DNA of 63,003 nucleotides, counting the filler. It is 6 parts of 6 records of this genome, joined end to end, with 100 filler letters (N's around TTAATTAATTAA, not from the genome) between each part and the next. Parts side by side here need not be neighbours in the genome. Positions count along the whole stretch, not along the records: positions 20,369 to 40,334 come from SRR9188677_176; positions 40,435 to 50,250 come from SRR9188677_177; 4 more parts are not named here. One strand, written 5' to 3'. Positions 37,566-48,100 of the stretch are shown piece after piece. The position numbers and the translations under genes are program-made. The notes below the pieces were generated by a model. That model saw only the letters and a program-made list of their open reading frames with translations, was not told where the DNA came from and did not search any database. The number at the start of each line of letters is the position of its first letter. The first letter of the stretch is position 1.

Positions 37566-39467
37566 ATGTCTCTAATTACACTCATTCCACTATTTCCCTT
37601 AATCGGCTTCCTTATCAATGGAATCGGTTTTCGTCATGTTCCTAAATCTTTAGCTGGCATTATTAGTTCTGCGGCGGCATTTGCGTCTTTTGCTTGTGCT
37701 TTAACCTTGTTTTTGGGCTTTAATGGTCAACCACAAATTGTTCATTTATTCGACTGGATTACAGTTGGTACTTTGAATATTTCGATGTCATTTCAGTTAG
37801 ATCAATTGTCATTATTAATGCTTTTGATTATTACTGGCGTAGGAACTTTGATTCACATTTATTCAATTGGCTACATGAGCCACGACGAAGGTTTTGGTAA
37901 GTTTTTTGCTTTCTTAAACCTATTTTTGTTCTTCATGCTTTTATTAGTAATGGGTTCAAACTATGTCGTGATGTTTATTGGTTGGGAAGGCGTAGGTTTA
38001 TGTTCTTATTTATTGATTGGTTTCTGGAATAAAAATAGTAATTATGGAAATGCTGCTCGCAAAGCCTTTATCATGAACCGTATCGGTGACTTGGGTTTTT
38101 TATTAGGGATTTTCTTAATTATCAATCATTTTGGTTCTGTAGAATATTCAGAAGTATTTAGTAGAATTGCTGAAGGTGGTTATTCTTCTGGAGATAAAAC
38201 GTTATTTTATATTACGATTCTTTTGTTTATTGGAGCAATGGGTAAATCAGCCCAAATTCCATTATATACTTGGTTGCCAGATGCAATGGCTGGTCCAACA
38301 CCAGTTTCTGCCTTGATTCACGCTGCTACGATGGTAACGGCTGGTATTTACATGATTATTCGCTCGAATGTTATGTACTCACTAGCACCTGAAACCCTTG
38401 ATATTGTAGCTTGGGTAGGTTTGGCAACGGCTTTATTAGCGGCTTCAATTGGTCTTTTCCAAAATGATATTAAAAAAGTATTGGCTTACTCTACAGTTTC
38501 TCAGTTAGGCTACATGTTTATGGGCTTAGGAGTAATGGCTTATTCTTCTTCTTTTTTCCACGTAATGACACACGCTTTCTTTAAAGCCTTGTTATTCTTA
38601 GGAGCAGGTTCTGTGATTCATGCGATGTCTGATGAACAAGATATTCGTTCAATGGGCGGACTTCGTAAAAAACTACCAATTACTTTTATTACTTTCCTAA
38701 TTGCAACGATTGCTATTTCAGGTATTCCTCCATTTGCAGGTTTCTTCTCGAAAGATGAAATTCTAGCACATGTTTTCGAACACAACAAATTAATGTGGGC
38801 ATTCGGTGTTTTAGGTTCGATAATGACTTCATTCTATATGTTCCGTTTATTGTTTCTTACTTTCTTCGGAGAATTCAGAGGAACGGAAAAACAAAAACAT
38901 CATTTGCACGAATCGCCAATTGCGATGACAGCTCCATTAATGATTCTTGCAGTACTTTCTGCCATTGGTGGATTCTTTAATTTTCCACATATTTTTGGTG
39001 GTCACGCTAGTTTAGCAGAATTTATGGCGCCATTGTTTGAACATTCAGCAATTGAACATGTTGCCGTAGATGAATCACTTGAAATTAAATTAATGATTGT
39101 TTCTGTCGTTGCTGCTTTACTTTCTGCGGGCGTTGCATACTTTATTTATGTAGTGAAGAAAACCGTTCCAGTAGCAGAAGGAGAGGAAACAGGCTTACAA
39201 AAAGTAATTTACAACAAATATTATATCGACGAATTGTACGATACTCTTTTTGTAAAACCAATCACAGCACTTTCTAATTTCTTTAGAGAAGTAATTGAAT
39301 TCTTAGTAATAGATTTAATTGTAGAAGGAGTTGGAAAACTCGTGAAAACACTTTCAAGTGAAGTTCGTTTACTTCAAAATGGAACAACGGGTTATTATAT
39401 TTTTGCAATGGTTTTATCAATTGCAGCGATATTAGTTTGGAGCTTGAAAAGTTTCCTTTTGGGATAG
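37566..39467 (+). CDS. nuoL: NADH-quinone oxidoreductase subunit L
   Basis: GWEGVG, GKSAQIP, WLPDAMAGPTPVSALIHAATMV, HAFFKA. Confidence 0.97.
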   Translation: MSLITLIPLFPLIGFLINGIGFRHVPKSLAGIISSAAAFASFACALTLFLGFNGQPQIVHLFDWITVGTLNISMSFQLDQLSLLMLLIITGVGTLIHIYSIGYMSHDEGFGKFFAFLNLFLFFMLLLVMGSNYVVMFIGWEGVGLCSYLLIGFWNKNSNYGNAARKAFIMNRIGDLGFLLGIFLIINHFGSVEYSEVFSRIAEGGYSSGDKTLFYITILLFIGAMGKSAQIPLYTWLPDAMAGPTPVSALIHAATMVTAGIYMIIRSNVMYSLAPETLDIVAWVGLATALLAASIGLFQNDIKKVLAYSTVSQLGYMFMGLGVMAYSSSFFHVMTHAFFKALLFLGAGSVIHAMSDEQDIRSMGGLRKKLPITFITFLIATIAISGIPPFAGFFSKDEILAHVFEHNKLMWAFGVLGSIMTSFYMFRLLFLTFFGEFRGTEKQKHHLHESPIAMTAPLMILAVLSAIGGFFNFPHIFGGHASLAEFMAPLFEHSAIEHVAVDESLEIKLMIVSVVAALLSAGVAYFIYVVKKTVPVAEGEETGLQKVIYNKYYIDELYDTLFVKPITALSNFFREVIEFLVIDLIVEGVGKLVKTLSSEVRLLQNGTTGYYIFAMVLSIAAILVWSLKSFLLG

Positions 39468-39529
39468 ATTAAAGACAATATAAATACATTGAAAGATTTG
39501 CTCATTACAAATCCGATTGATAAAAAAAT

Positions 39530-40334
39530 ATGCTAACACTTTCTCTCATTCTTCTTCCCATTATTGCAGGGCTAATTACATTAGTCATCAAGGGAGAAAC
39601 CGCTAAAACTGTTGCCTTGGTCTTTGCTTTTGCTGAGTTGGCTTTAGGAGCGTACTTGTATAAGTCATTTGTGCCAGACGCTACTTCACAATTTGGCGTA
39701 AGTTATGATTGGATTCATTCAGCTGGAATAAAATTTTCTGTAGGAGTTGATGGTATCAGTTTGATTTTGGTATTTCTTACCACTTTAATGGTACCTTTTA
39801 TCATTCTTTCTACTTTTGGAGCGGAATATAAAAATAGTTCAAATTTGTATGCGCTCATCTTATTTATGCAAGCAGCATTAATAGGTGTATTTACTGCAAA
39901 AGACGTTTTCCTTTTTTACTTCTTCTTCGAAGCAGCTTTAATCCCAATTTATTTTATTGCGGCTATTTGGGGAGGCGAAAATCGTATCAAAGTAACATTT
40001 AAGTTCTTTGTTTATACCATTTTTGGTTCTTTGTTTATGTTGTTGGCATTGGTTTACTTGTATTTATTGACGCCAGGAACACATTCAGCTGATATTAATG
40101 CTATTTATCAAGCAGCAGATGCTTTAGATTTATCAACTCAGAGTTACTTATTTGGGGCGTTTTTTATTGCATTTGCCATTAAAATGCCACTTTTCCCATT
40201 CCATACTTGGCAACCAGATACTTATGTGGAAGCACCTACAGCAGGAACAATGCTTTTATCAGGTATCATGTTGAAAATGGGGGTTTATGGTTTGATTCGT
40301 TTTATTTTACCAATTGTGCCACTTGGTGTAGATC
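39530..40334 (+). CDS. nuoM: NADH-quinone oxidoreductase subunit M (truncated by contig end)
   Basis: KMPLFPFHTW, LKMGVYG; follows nuoL. Confidence 0.95.
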
Positions 40335-40434
40335 NNNNNNNNNNNNNNNNNNNNNNNNNNNNNNNNNNNNNNNNNNNNTTAATTAATTAANNNNNNNNNN
40401 NNNNNNNNNNNNNNNNNNNNNNNNNNNNNNNNNN
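40335..40434. other. Artificial contig linker
   Basis: N-run with TTAATTAATTAA. Confidence 0.99.
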
Positions 40435-40987
40435 TGGTGTACTGATGGGTATGTTCCAGAACAATGCCGGTGGTGCCTGGGATAATGCCAAAAAATCATT
40501 TGAAACAGGTGTTGAGATCAACGGACAGATGTACTATAAAAAATCAGAACCACACAAGGCATCGGTAACCGGTGATACTGTGGGTGATCCTTTTAAAGAT
40601 ACGTCTGGTCCTTCTATGAATATCCTGATCAAACTGATGTCCATCGTATCACTGGTGATTGCCCCTACCCTGGCGCATTTACACCAGACTGATGCCAAAC
40701 CAAAGCAGGTGATTGAACAGAAAATGGAAGTGAAAGTATTCGGCAACGATTCATCTACCACCGAAATAACTGTTAACGCCAGCGAAGATGGTTTTAAAGG
40801 ACTGATCGATGCCCTGAAAAAAGATGGTCTGGCACCTGCCGGTAAATTGTCTATTGAGTACAAAGACGGAAAATTCAGCATCAACGGTAAAGAACAATCT
40901 GCCGATGTACTGAAGAAATATGAAACCTATCTGAACGGGAAAAAATCCATCAACATCACATTGGATGAAACGGTGGAAAAGAAATAA
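40435..40987 (+). CDS. hppA: Membrane-bound Na+/H+-translocating pyrophosphatase, C-terminal fragment
   Basis: [26 protein letters not shown]. Confidence 0.93.
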
Positions 40988-41010
40988 AAGAACATAGAGA
41001 AAATTGTACA

Positions 41011-41038
41011 AAAATCCCGGCCCAAAGCCGGGATTTTT
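41011..41038 (+). terminator. Intrinsic terminator
   Basis: AAAATCCCGGC ... GCCGGGATTTTT. Confidence 0.85.
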
Positions 41039-41085
41039 GTTACCAGTGGTCTGGTTGGTATCGTAATAGCTACTATTTTTAACAT

Positions 41086-41565
41086 ATGAGAACCTTTTGT
41101 CTATTTACCCTGTTGCTGCTGGCCGGCTGTGCCAACAACGATGCCTCATCGGATACCAGCGCAGATAGTACTGTGATTGTATCGTATGATACCATTCCTG
41201 CCACCAGAACTAAAGTACAATCCGCTGCAGTAGCTACTTACAGCGAAAAAATAGCTGATGAACTGAACGACTGGCAATTTGCCGTTACGGTATATGAAAC
41301 CAAAAAAACCTTTCAGTACACCCTCCGCATCCAGGCCAAGGAAGCGCGTGTAAGTGATTCAATCACCATCCCCAACTTCGGCATACAGCCTACCGTAGGC
41401 ATACAGAAAGGAAAAGAACCCCTCTCCTGTATCATTGGTTTCCTGGATAAAAAGAAGGAATTCAAACCCTACAAAATGGTCAGCTTTCAGAACGACAGGT
41501 TACGGGTGAGAACCATTGCGAGTTATTATGTAGGATCGTATAAAACACAACAGAAGGACAATTGA
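41086..41565 (+). CDS. Hypothetical lipoprotein
   Basis: Lipobox LAGC. Confidence 0.72.
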   Translation: MRTFCLFTLLLLAGCANNDASSDTSADSTVIVSYDTIPATRTKVQSAAVATYSEKIADELNDWQFAVTVYETKKTFQYTLRIQAKEARVSDSITIPNFGIQPTVGIQKGKEPLSCIIGFLDKKKEFKPYKMVSFQNDRLRVRTIASYYVGSYKTQQKDN

Positions 41566-41567
41566 AA

Positions 41568-41642
41568 ATTAATAGTTAATAGTTAATAGTTAATAGTTGG
41601 AGATTTCTATTATTAACTTTTAACTATTAACTTTTAATTAAT
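41568..41642. repeat. Inverted pair of heptamer tandem arrays
   Basis: (TTAATAG)x4 ... (TTAACT[AT])x4 forming a long imperfect hairpin. Confidence 0.8.
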
Positions 41643-41692
41643 CCATCCCCATCCTCCCCTTCCGCCGTTTAACATTTTTTTATTTGGCTTCA

Positions 41693-41731
41693 TACGACTG
41701 CATTCGTAAATTGCTTACGAATAAAATCGTA
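41693..41731. promoter_or_regulatory. Tandem palindromic operators of the BlaI-family repressor
   Basis: TACGA-N6-TCGTA at 41693-41708 and 41716-41731, ending 3 nt before the ATG. Confidence 0.72.
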
Positions 41732-41734
41732 GCA

Positions 41735-42118
41735 ATGGCTGTTTCCAAGAATATCAAACCGACTGAAAGCGAACTGGAGATTTTGCGGGTGCTTTGGGAC
41801 AAAGGTACCGCCACCGTAAGAGAGGTACACGAAATCCTGAGCGAGCACAAAGATGCCGGGTATACCACTACCCTTAAACTGATGCAGATCATGTTTGAAA
41901 AAGGCATTGTGAAGCGGGACGATAGCAGCAAAACCCATATTTACCGGGCCAATATCACCCGCGAAAATACACAGCAACAGATCGTAGGTAAAATGATCAA
42001 CTCCCTGTTTGGAGGCTCTTCTACCCAGCTGGTAATGCAGGCTTTGGGTAATACCGTACCCAACAAGGAAGAGCTGGATGAGATCCAGAAACTATTGGAC
42101 AACCTGAAAAAACAGTAA
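41735..42118 (+). CDS. BlaI/MecI/CopY family repressor
   Basis: PTESELEILRVLW, ATVREVH, YTTTLKLMQIM, LFGGS. Confidence 0.95.
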   Translation: MAVSKNIKPTESELEILRVLWDKGTATVREVHEILSEHKDAGYTTTLKLMQIMFEKGIVKRDDSSKTHIYRANITRENTQQQIVGKMINSLFGGSSTQLVMQALGNTVPNKEELDEIQKLLDNLKKQ

Positions 42119-42122
42119 GTGT

Positions 42123-44108
42123 ATGCAGCACCTGTTTCAATCCGTTTTTTTGCAGTCGCTGGGTTATGCCATTGCCCATAGCGTATGGCAAACGGCCCTT
42201 GTATGGCTGCTTTATATCAGTATCACCGGTTTACTGCCCCTGGGTGCTGCAGCCAAATACCGGGTGGGCGTGGCCGCACAAACCATCGGGTTTGTATGGT
42301 TTCTGTTTACTTTCCAGTTTTATTACCAGCAATACCAGCAGGTTTGGCAGCCAGTGCTGACTACCGCCGGAATGCAACCCCTGGCACCAACCGGAACAGG
42401 TGTATTGTCAGGTGTACTACAATGGATGCTGAAGGGAGAAAGACTGCTTCCCTATATTTCCCTGGCATACCTGTTACTGATGATCCTGCTTTGTGTACGC
42501 TGGTTTATGGGCTACCGCCAAACGCAGCTGATCCGTTACCAGGGACTGCATAAAATGCCCGCCGAATGGCGTTTATTTGTGCAGAAAATTGCGGCACAAC
42601 TCAATATCAAAAAAAATGTGCGGGTATTTTTATCTGAACAGGTAAGTACGCCACTCACCATCGGTTTTCTGAAACCGATTATCCTGGTACCCATGGCCAG
42701 CATTAACCATCTCAGCATCCAGCAGATGGAAGCTGTTTTGCTGCATGAGCTGGCACATATTAAACGCCACGATTATCTGGTCAATATCCTTTTATCCATT
42801 GTAGAAATCGGTCTGTTCTTCAACCCCTTTACACAGCTGATCAGTAAACATATCCGCAAAGAAAGAGAGAACAGTTGTGATGATTGGGTGTTGCAGTTTC
42901 AATACGAGGCACCGGTATACGCAGAAGCGTTGCTACGGATTGCTTACCTGCAACAATCACCGGCACTGGCCATGACCGCCACCGGCAAAAAGAATGACCT
43001 GCTGTACCGTGTAAAGCGGATGATGGAACAAAAAGAAAACCGCTTCAGCTACCGCAAACAGTTACTGGCTTTTTTGATTGTAACCGGTATTTTCAGTTCT
43101 GTGGCATGGTTAAGTCCGATCAAATCTACCCGCAATGAACAACCGATTGCTTCCTCACCAAAGCAACTGAAGCTGGTTACCCCTAAAAAAACGGCACAGC
43201 CTTATACCGTAGAACCGATGGCGATCCGTGTAGATAATCCTTTGTTCAATCCGGTTTTCTTTTTATCCAAACCCTTACAGGCGGAAGTGAAAAAAAGTAT
43301 GGCTGCCGCGGAGAAAGAATTAACCACCGCTACAAAAGAATATCCTTCTGGTATGGTTAGTTCCTTCACGCCCATGATTGCCGATGCTTTGCAGCAGGCT
43401 TCGCTGGAAATTGAACAACAGCAACAGCACGACTGGCAGAAAGAGATGGCCGAAATGGAAAAAGCCAAAGTTGAATTGGCCAAAGTATTGTCTACTGATT
43501 CAGCACTATTTACAGCCAATATCCGCAAGCAGTTCAAACAGGAGATCAGCAAGAGTATGCAGAAAGTATCGGCAGATATGGAGAAAGCCAAAGCCGAGAT
43601 GCAGAAAGCTTTCACCGTTAATATTAATATAGATAAAGCGAAAATAGCCCGTGATATTCAGCAAGCCATGGATGTGGTAACAGACCTGGATAAAATGGGA
43701 CTGGATCAACTGATCCTGCAATCCTTACGAAGCGTAGAACCCCTGTTCAAAGAAGAACGCAAACAACCTCTTCAGAAAAAAACACCACGCAACCGGAATA
43801 CCCTCGAGAAAAAAGAATTGCCGGAACAGGTTCTACCGGAAGAGACCGAACCAAAAGAAATCATTGTGGTGGAAACCCCACTGGAAACAGTTGTTACACC
43901 CATCGTACCTGAGCCTATCGTGCTGAATGAAATCAACTTACAAAAATTAGCGCTGTTAGCAAGGCTGGCGGAATTGTCTTCGCTACAGCAAATGAAACTG
44001 GCTTTTGTAAAACTGAAAGAAGCGAAAAGAATAGAGAAACGGCCACTCGTGCTCACAAAAAGAATCCGCGAAGAAGAAGAAAAACAGGTAATACTACTGC
44101 AACAATAA
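42123..44108 (+). CDS. M56 family (BlaR1-like) metallopeptidase
   Basis: HELAHIKRHD zinc motif, ERENSCDD, TM helices, coiled-coil C-terminus. Confidence 0.92.
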   Translation: MQHLFQSVFLQSLGYAIAHSVWQTALVWLLYISITGLLPLGAAAKYRVGVAAQTIGFVWFLFTFQFYYQQYQQVWQPVLTTAGMQPLAPTGTGVLSGVLQWMLKGERLLPYISLAYLLLMILLCVRWFMGYRQTQLIRYQGLHKMPAEWRLFVQKIAAQLNIKKNVRVFLSEQVSTPLTIGFLKPIILVPMASINHLSIQQMEAVLLHELAHIKRHDYLVNILLSIVEIGLFFNPFTQLISKHIRKERENSCDDWVLQFQYEAPVYAEALLRIAYLQQSPALAMTATGKKNDLLYRVKRMMEQKENRFSYRKQLLAFLIVTGIFSSVAWLSPIKSTRNEQPIASSPKQLKLVTPKKTAQPYTVEPMAIRVDNPLFNPVFFLSKPLQAEVKKSMAAAEKELTTATKEYPSGMVSSFTPMIADALQQASLEIEQQQQHDWQKEMAEMEKAKVELAKVLSTDSALFTANIRKQFKQEISKSMQKVSADMEKAKAEMQKAFTVNINIDKAKIARDIQQAMDVVTDLDKMGLDQLILQSLRSVEPLFKEERKQPLQKKTPRNRNTLEKKELPEQVLPEETEPKEIIVVETPLETVVTPIVPEPIVLNEINLQKLALLARLAELSSLQQMKLAFVKLKEAKRIEKRPLVLTKRIREEEEKQVILLQQ

Positions 44109-44113
44109 GGCTG

Positions 44114-45142
44114 TTACCAGAGATTACGCGGACACCAATCGCCCCATTTATTACCGAGCAGAAACCCGATCAGTATTTCATGTGTACCCCGACTCACTGT
44201 ATTGAGAGTGGAAGTCTGTACATCGTAGGAATAACCGATATTGATATTGCGGTTGATATTCAAACCCACCATGGCCGCAAAACCATCCTGGTAACGGTAT
44301 GAGGCACCGGCCCAGATCAGGTCCTGGTACTGTAGTTTGGCATTTACGTCAAAGCCCAAAGGCAAGGGACTGATATAACGAACCAGCATAGAGGGTAACA
44401 GACTTACATCATCCGTTAACTGCATCCGGTAACCTGCGCTGAGGAATAAATGTGGTAACAGTTTTCCGTTTTGTAAATACACTGTATTGTCGGAGAAAGC
44501 AATCTGTTGCGGAATGATCTGTTGCGCCGCCAATCCCACAAAATAATCCCTTGAATAGAGCCAGAGTCCTGCACTGATATCCGGTTTAATCCGGTTAATT
44601 ACCCCACTACCCGCCACAGCAGGATCTACGGTTGTGCCACCAAAATTCAATTTACTGGCATCCAGGCTCACATTGGTAAACCCGATAGAAGTACCCGCGG
44701 CCAGTGAAGTGCGGGGGGATAAACTTAAGTGATAAGAATACGTGCCATATACGGCAAAACGATTCAGCGGACCGGTCTTATCATTTAATATGGTAAAGCC
44801 GATGCCATGGTGCGGATCGGGTGCTGTATAATCTCTCCAGTAAGCTTCTCCCCTTGGGTTATTACCGCCGGCACGGAAACTGGTGGCAGAGCCCCTGTCG
44901 TCGTAATCACTTTTCTTCAGTGGACCGTGCATGGTGAGATAAGTGGTTACCGGGGCGTCTTGCAAACCTACCCATTGCAGGCGGTGACTGGCTTTTACGT
45001 CCCAGTAATTCTCAATCCCCGCCACGGCAGGATTGATGATATAGTTGTTCATGATATACTGCGTATAGTAAGGCCGCTGCTGGGCCGCAACAGCGGTGCA
45101 GAAACATACAGCGATTCCAATCATGACCTGTTTTACACGCAT
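44114..45142 (-). CDS. T9SS PorP/SprF family membrane protein
   Basis: QQRPYYTQY...INPAVAG, QWVG..DAP.T, GYSYD, GTHEI. Confidence 0.93.
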   Translation of the reverse strand: MRVKQVMIGIAVCFCTAVAAQQRPYYTQYIMNNYIINPAVAGIENYWDVKASHRLQWVGLQDAPVTTYLTMHGPLKKSDYDDRGSATSFRAGGNNPRGEAYWRDYTAPDPHHGIGFTILNDKTGPLNRFAVYGTYSYHLSLSPRTSLAAGTSIGFTNVSLDASKLNFGGTTVDPAVAGSGVINRIKPDISAGLWLYSRDYFVGLAAQQIIPQQIAFSDNTVYLQNGKLLPHLFLSAGYRMQLTDDVSLLPSMLVRYISPLPLGFDVNAKLQYQDLIWAGASYRYQDGFAAMVGLNINRNINIGYSYDVQTSTLNTVSRGTHEILIGFLLGNKWGDWCPRNLW

Positions 45143-45146
45143 ATCC

Positions 45147-48100
45147 TTACTTTATAATGGTGACCGATCCCGTGATGATCTGTCGTCCGTTTTTTGGGTT
45201 GATAATGTAATAATAGGTTCCCACCGGTAACGGGTTGCCGTTACGGGTACCATTCCACTCTATATCGTAACCCAAAGATCGAAAAACTATCTGACCGTAA
45301 CGATTATATACATCAATGGTTGCCCCCGGGTATCCATCCAGGTACTTAATCCGCCAGGTATCATTGATCCCATCGCCATTGGGCGAAAAAGCATTGGGTA
45401 CTTCCGGCCCTTTTAATACCCGTATATAAATAGTATCCGTTACGGAACAACCGCCTGTCGCGGTCAATTTTAATCGATAAGTGATATCATCTTCCGGAAT
45501 AGAGACAGGGGAAATGGCCGTATCGCTGCTGAGATAAGTGGGGGGTGTCCAGAGATAGACCAGCTCATTTCCATACACATAGGTAGGCGTAATCTTCACC
45601 TGGGCGCCTATTAATACAGTGATCTTATGGGGTAATACCAGTTTCGGATTGGGATACACAGTCAGTGTTTGGGTAGCGGTATCGCTGATACAACCATCGG
45701 TATTCAGAAAGTAAAGGCTCACATTGAACAGGCCCGAATCATTGAACTGTTTATTGGGGTTCTGCTGGGTGGAGATATCCCCTCCCCCCAGGCTCCAGGC
45801 CCAGTTGGCAACCGCACTGGATCCGCTATAGCTTTTATCTGTGAAGCTGATCAGATCGCCATAACAAAGCTGGCTTGCCGATACCGTAAACGAAGCTTTG
45901 GGCTGTGGATATACCGTAATGGTTTGCGAAGTAAGATCAGAACAGGCCGTACCACCCGAATAAGCTACCATCCTGATCGTATAGGTTTTGGGAGAAGTGG
46001 GGTCGGCATACGCGTGCGGATAAATTTTTCCCGGCGTAGGATTCTCATCCGTTTCTTTTACAGTAGGATTGTTGGCATAATCCCAATAAATCTCCAGTTT
46101 GGTCACATTCCCAAAATCAACAGTAGAAGTATTCTTCAGCCTTACCGGTTTTACCCCGCAATAGGGTGCCTCATTGGCAAATTCGAAGGCAGCTTTGGGG
46201 ATACTGCCGTTTACGGTAAAATCCTGCACCAGACTGGCCACACAACCATCTTTGGAAGTAACCGTGAGCGACACTTTGTAATTATCTGATTTAGCGTACT
46301 TGACCTGCGGACTTTTTAATGTACTGGAAACAATAGAAGGTCCAGGGCTTACGGCCGGTGTACCCGCATTCAGGTTCCACTGGTATTTGAACTGCGCCTC
46401 GGAACCATCTGAGATTTTACTTGCGTCGGTAAACAGCGCAAATGCATCACTCAAACACACTTCGGGTAAAACGAATCCGGGTTGTGGACTTGGGTTGATA
46501 GAGAATGCAGGTGTAAATGGCACACTCGTACAACCCGAACCCGTAGCCACGGTCAGACTCACTTTTTTGGCACCATCGCTGGTATATTTGGTGCTTACCG
46601 GCACATTGCTGGTGTTGGTAATCACCGAGCCTCCATCGCCCAGATCCCAGATCCATTTGGCAAGGGTACCAGCGGTGGTAGTAGAAGCATCTGTGAAACT
46701 AATATCCCGATCTACACATTTGAGGGCCGTGGCCGTAAAACCGGCCACCGGTTTGGCCGTTTGCTGCACGGTTTGACTGAATTCCGACGAAAGGCAACCA
46801 ATATCAGAAGCTACTTTGAGTTTGATGGTATAACTGGCAGGGCTGTTATATACTTTAGGAGATACGGTTGCCGTAGTCAGATCGGCATTGGTACCATCCC
46901 CAAAATCCCAGAACCAGCGTTTGGTGGCGCCCTGGGTAACCGTACTCTGGTCTGTCAGGGTTACCGGATCGTTGGCACAACCTCCTGCCGTAACGGAGAA
47001 TTTAGCCAGGGGCAGCTCTTTTACCGTTACCGGGAGGGTAAAAACCTGGTCGGTACTACCGCAGCCATCGGGTGTAGCGGAAGTGGTATATAGTTTAATG
47101 GTATCGCGGACGGAGGAAGTATTGGCAGTAGTGAAACTGAAAGTTTTTCCCGGACTGTAATAATTGAGTGTTTGCCCGTTCAGGGATTTGGTACTATCCG
47201 GGGTAAAGGAAGTAAGCGGACCGATAATGGTAGCAGGTGAGATATTAGGCGCCGCAGAAAAATCCCATTTGATGCTGGCCGGAACAAAAGTTAGCGGCAC
47301 CGATAATTGTAAAGGGGTATTTACACAGGTAACGGACGAATCGATACGGCTGTAAGGGTTCTGGAAGGTAGCGGACGGGGTAAAATCACGCACATTGGTT
47401 CCGGCATTGTATCCATAACTCTCAGCTGCCCCAAAACCATAGGCAATGGCGTTAAAACCCGTATCAGAATAAAGGCTGTGAGAACCCGCCGTTACAGGAA
47501 GAATCGCATAGGAATAGTTAGGTTCCTGCGGATGCGGCAGGAAACCGGAAACTTTGTTTCCATCCAGGGTAAAACTGGCGGTTCCGCCATTTTTGATAAT
47601 AACATTGATATAACTCTGGAGAATGAGGTTTTTATTGGCAGAATATAAGGTGATACTATTGATGGTTTGTTCTACCGGACTCAGGTAAATCATTTCAGGA
47701 TCACCTCCGGGGTTGGTGTTTGGATTTCCATCCTGTCCCTGGGTGGTGCAATATTGTGCTACCAAAATAGGTTTATCCGCTTCAATCAGATTAGGTACCG
47801 CTGGATTGGTTCCGGAAGCATTGGCGTTTTTGAACTGGTAGTAAAAATTATTGGCAAGAGAACTGGCAGGCAATACCACCCCATTCAACTTTACAACGGT
47901 TGTGGGATCCGTTACACAGATGCGGTAATAGTTATTTGGTTGTGAGCCGGTAGGAGCTGTCAGGTATTTTTTACCCCAGGCCACTGAAGGAAATGCCTGT
48001 GCAAAGAGGTTATCGGCACTACCGGTGGCACCTCCACCGATACTGATTTTTCCGGCACCTGAAAAAACGGCAATTTTTTTACATCCACCACTACCACCGG

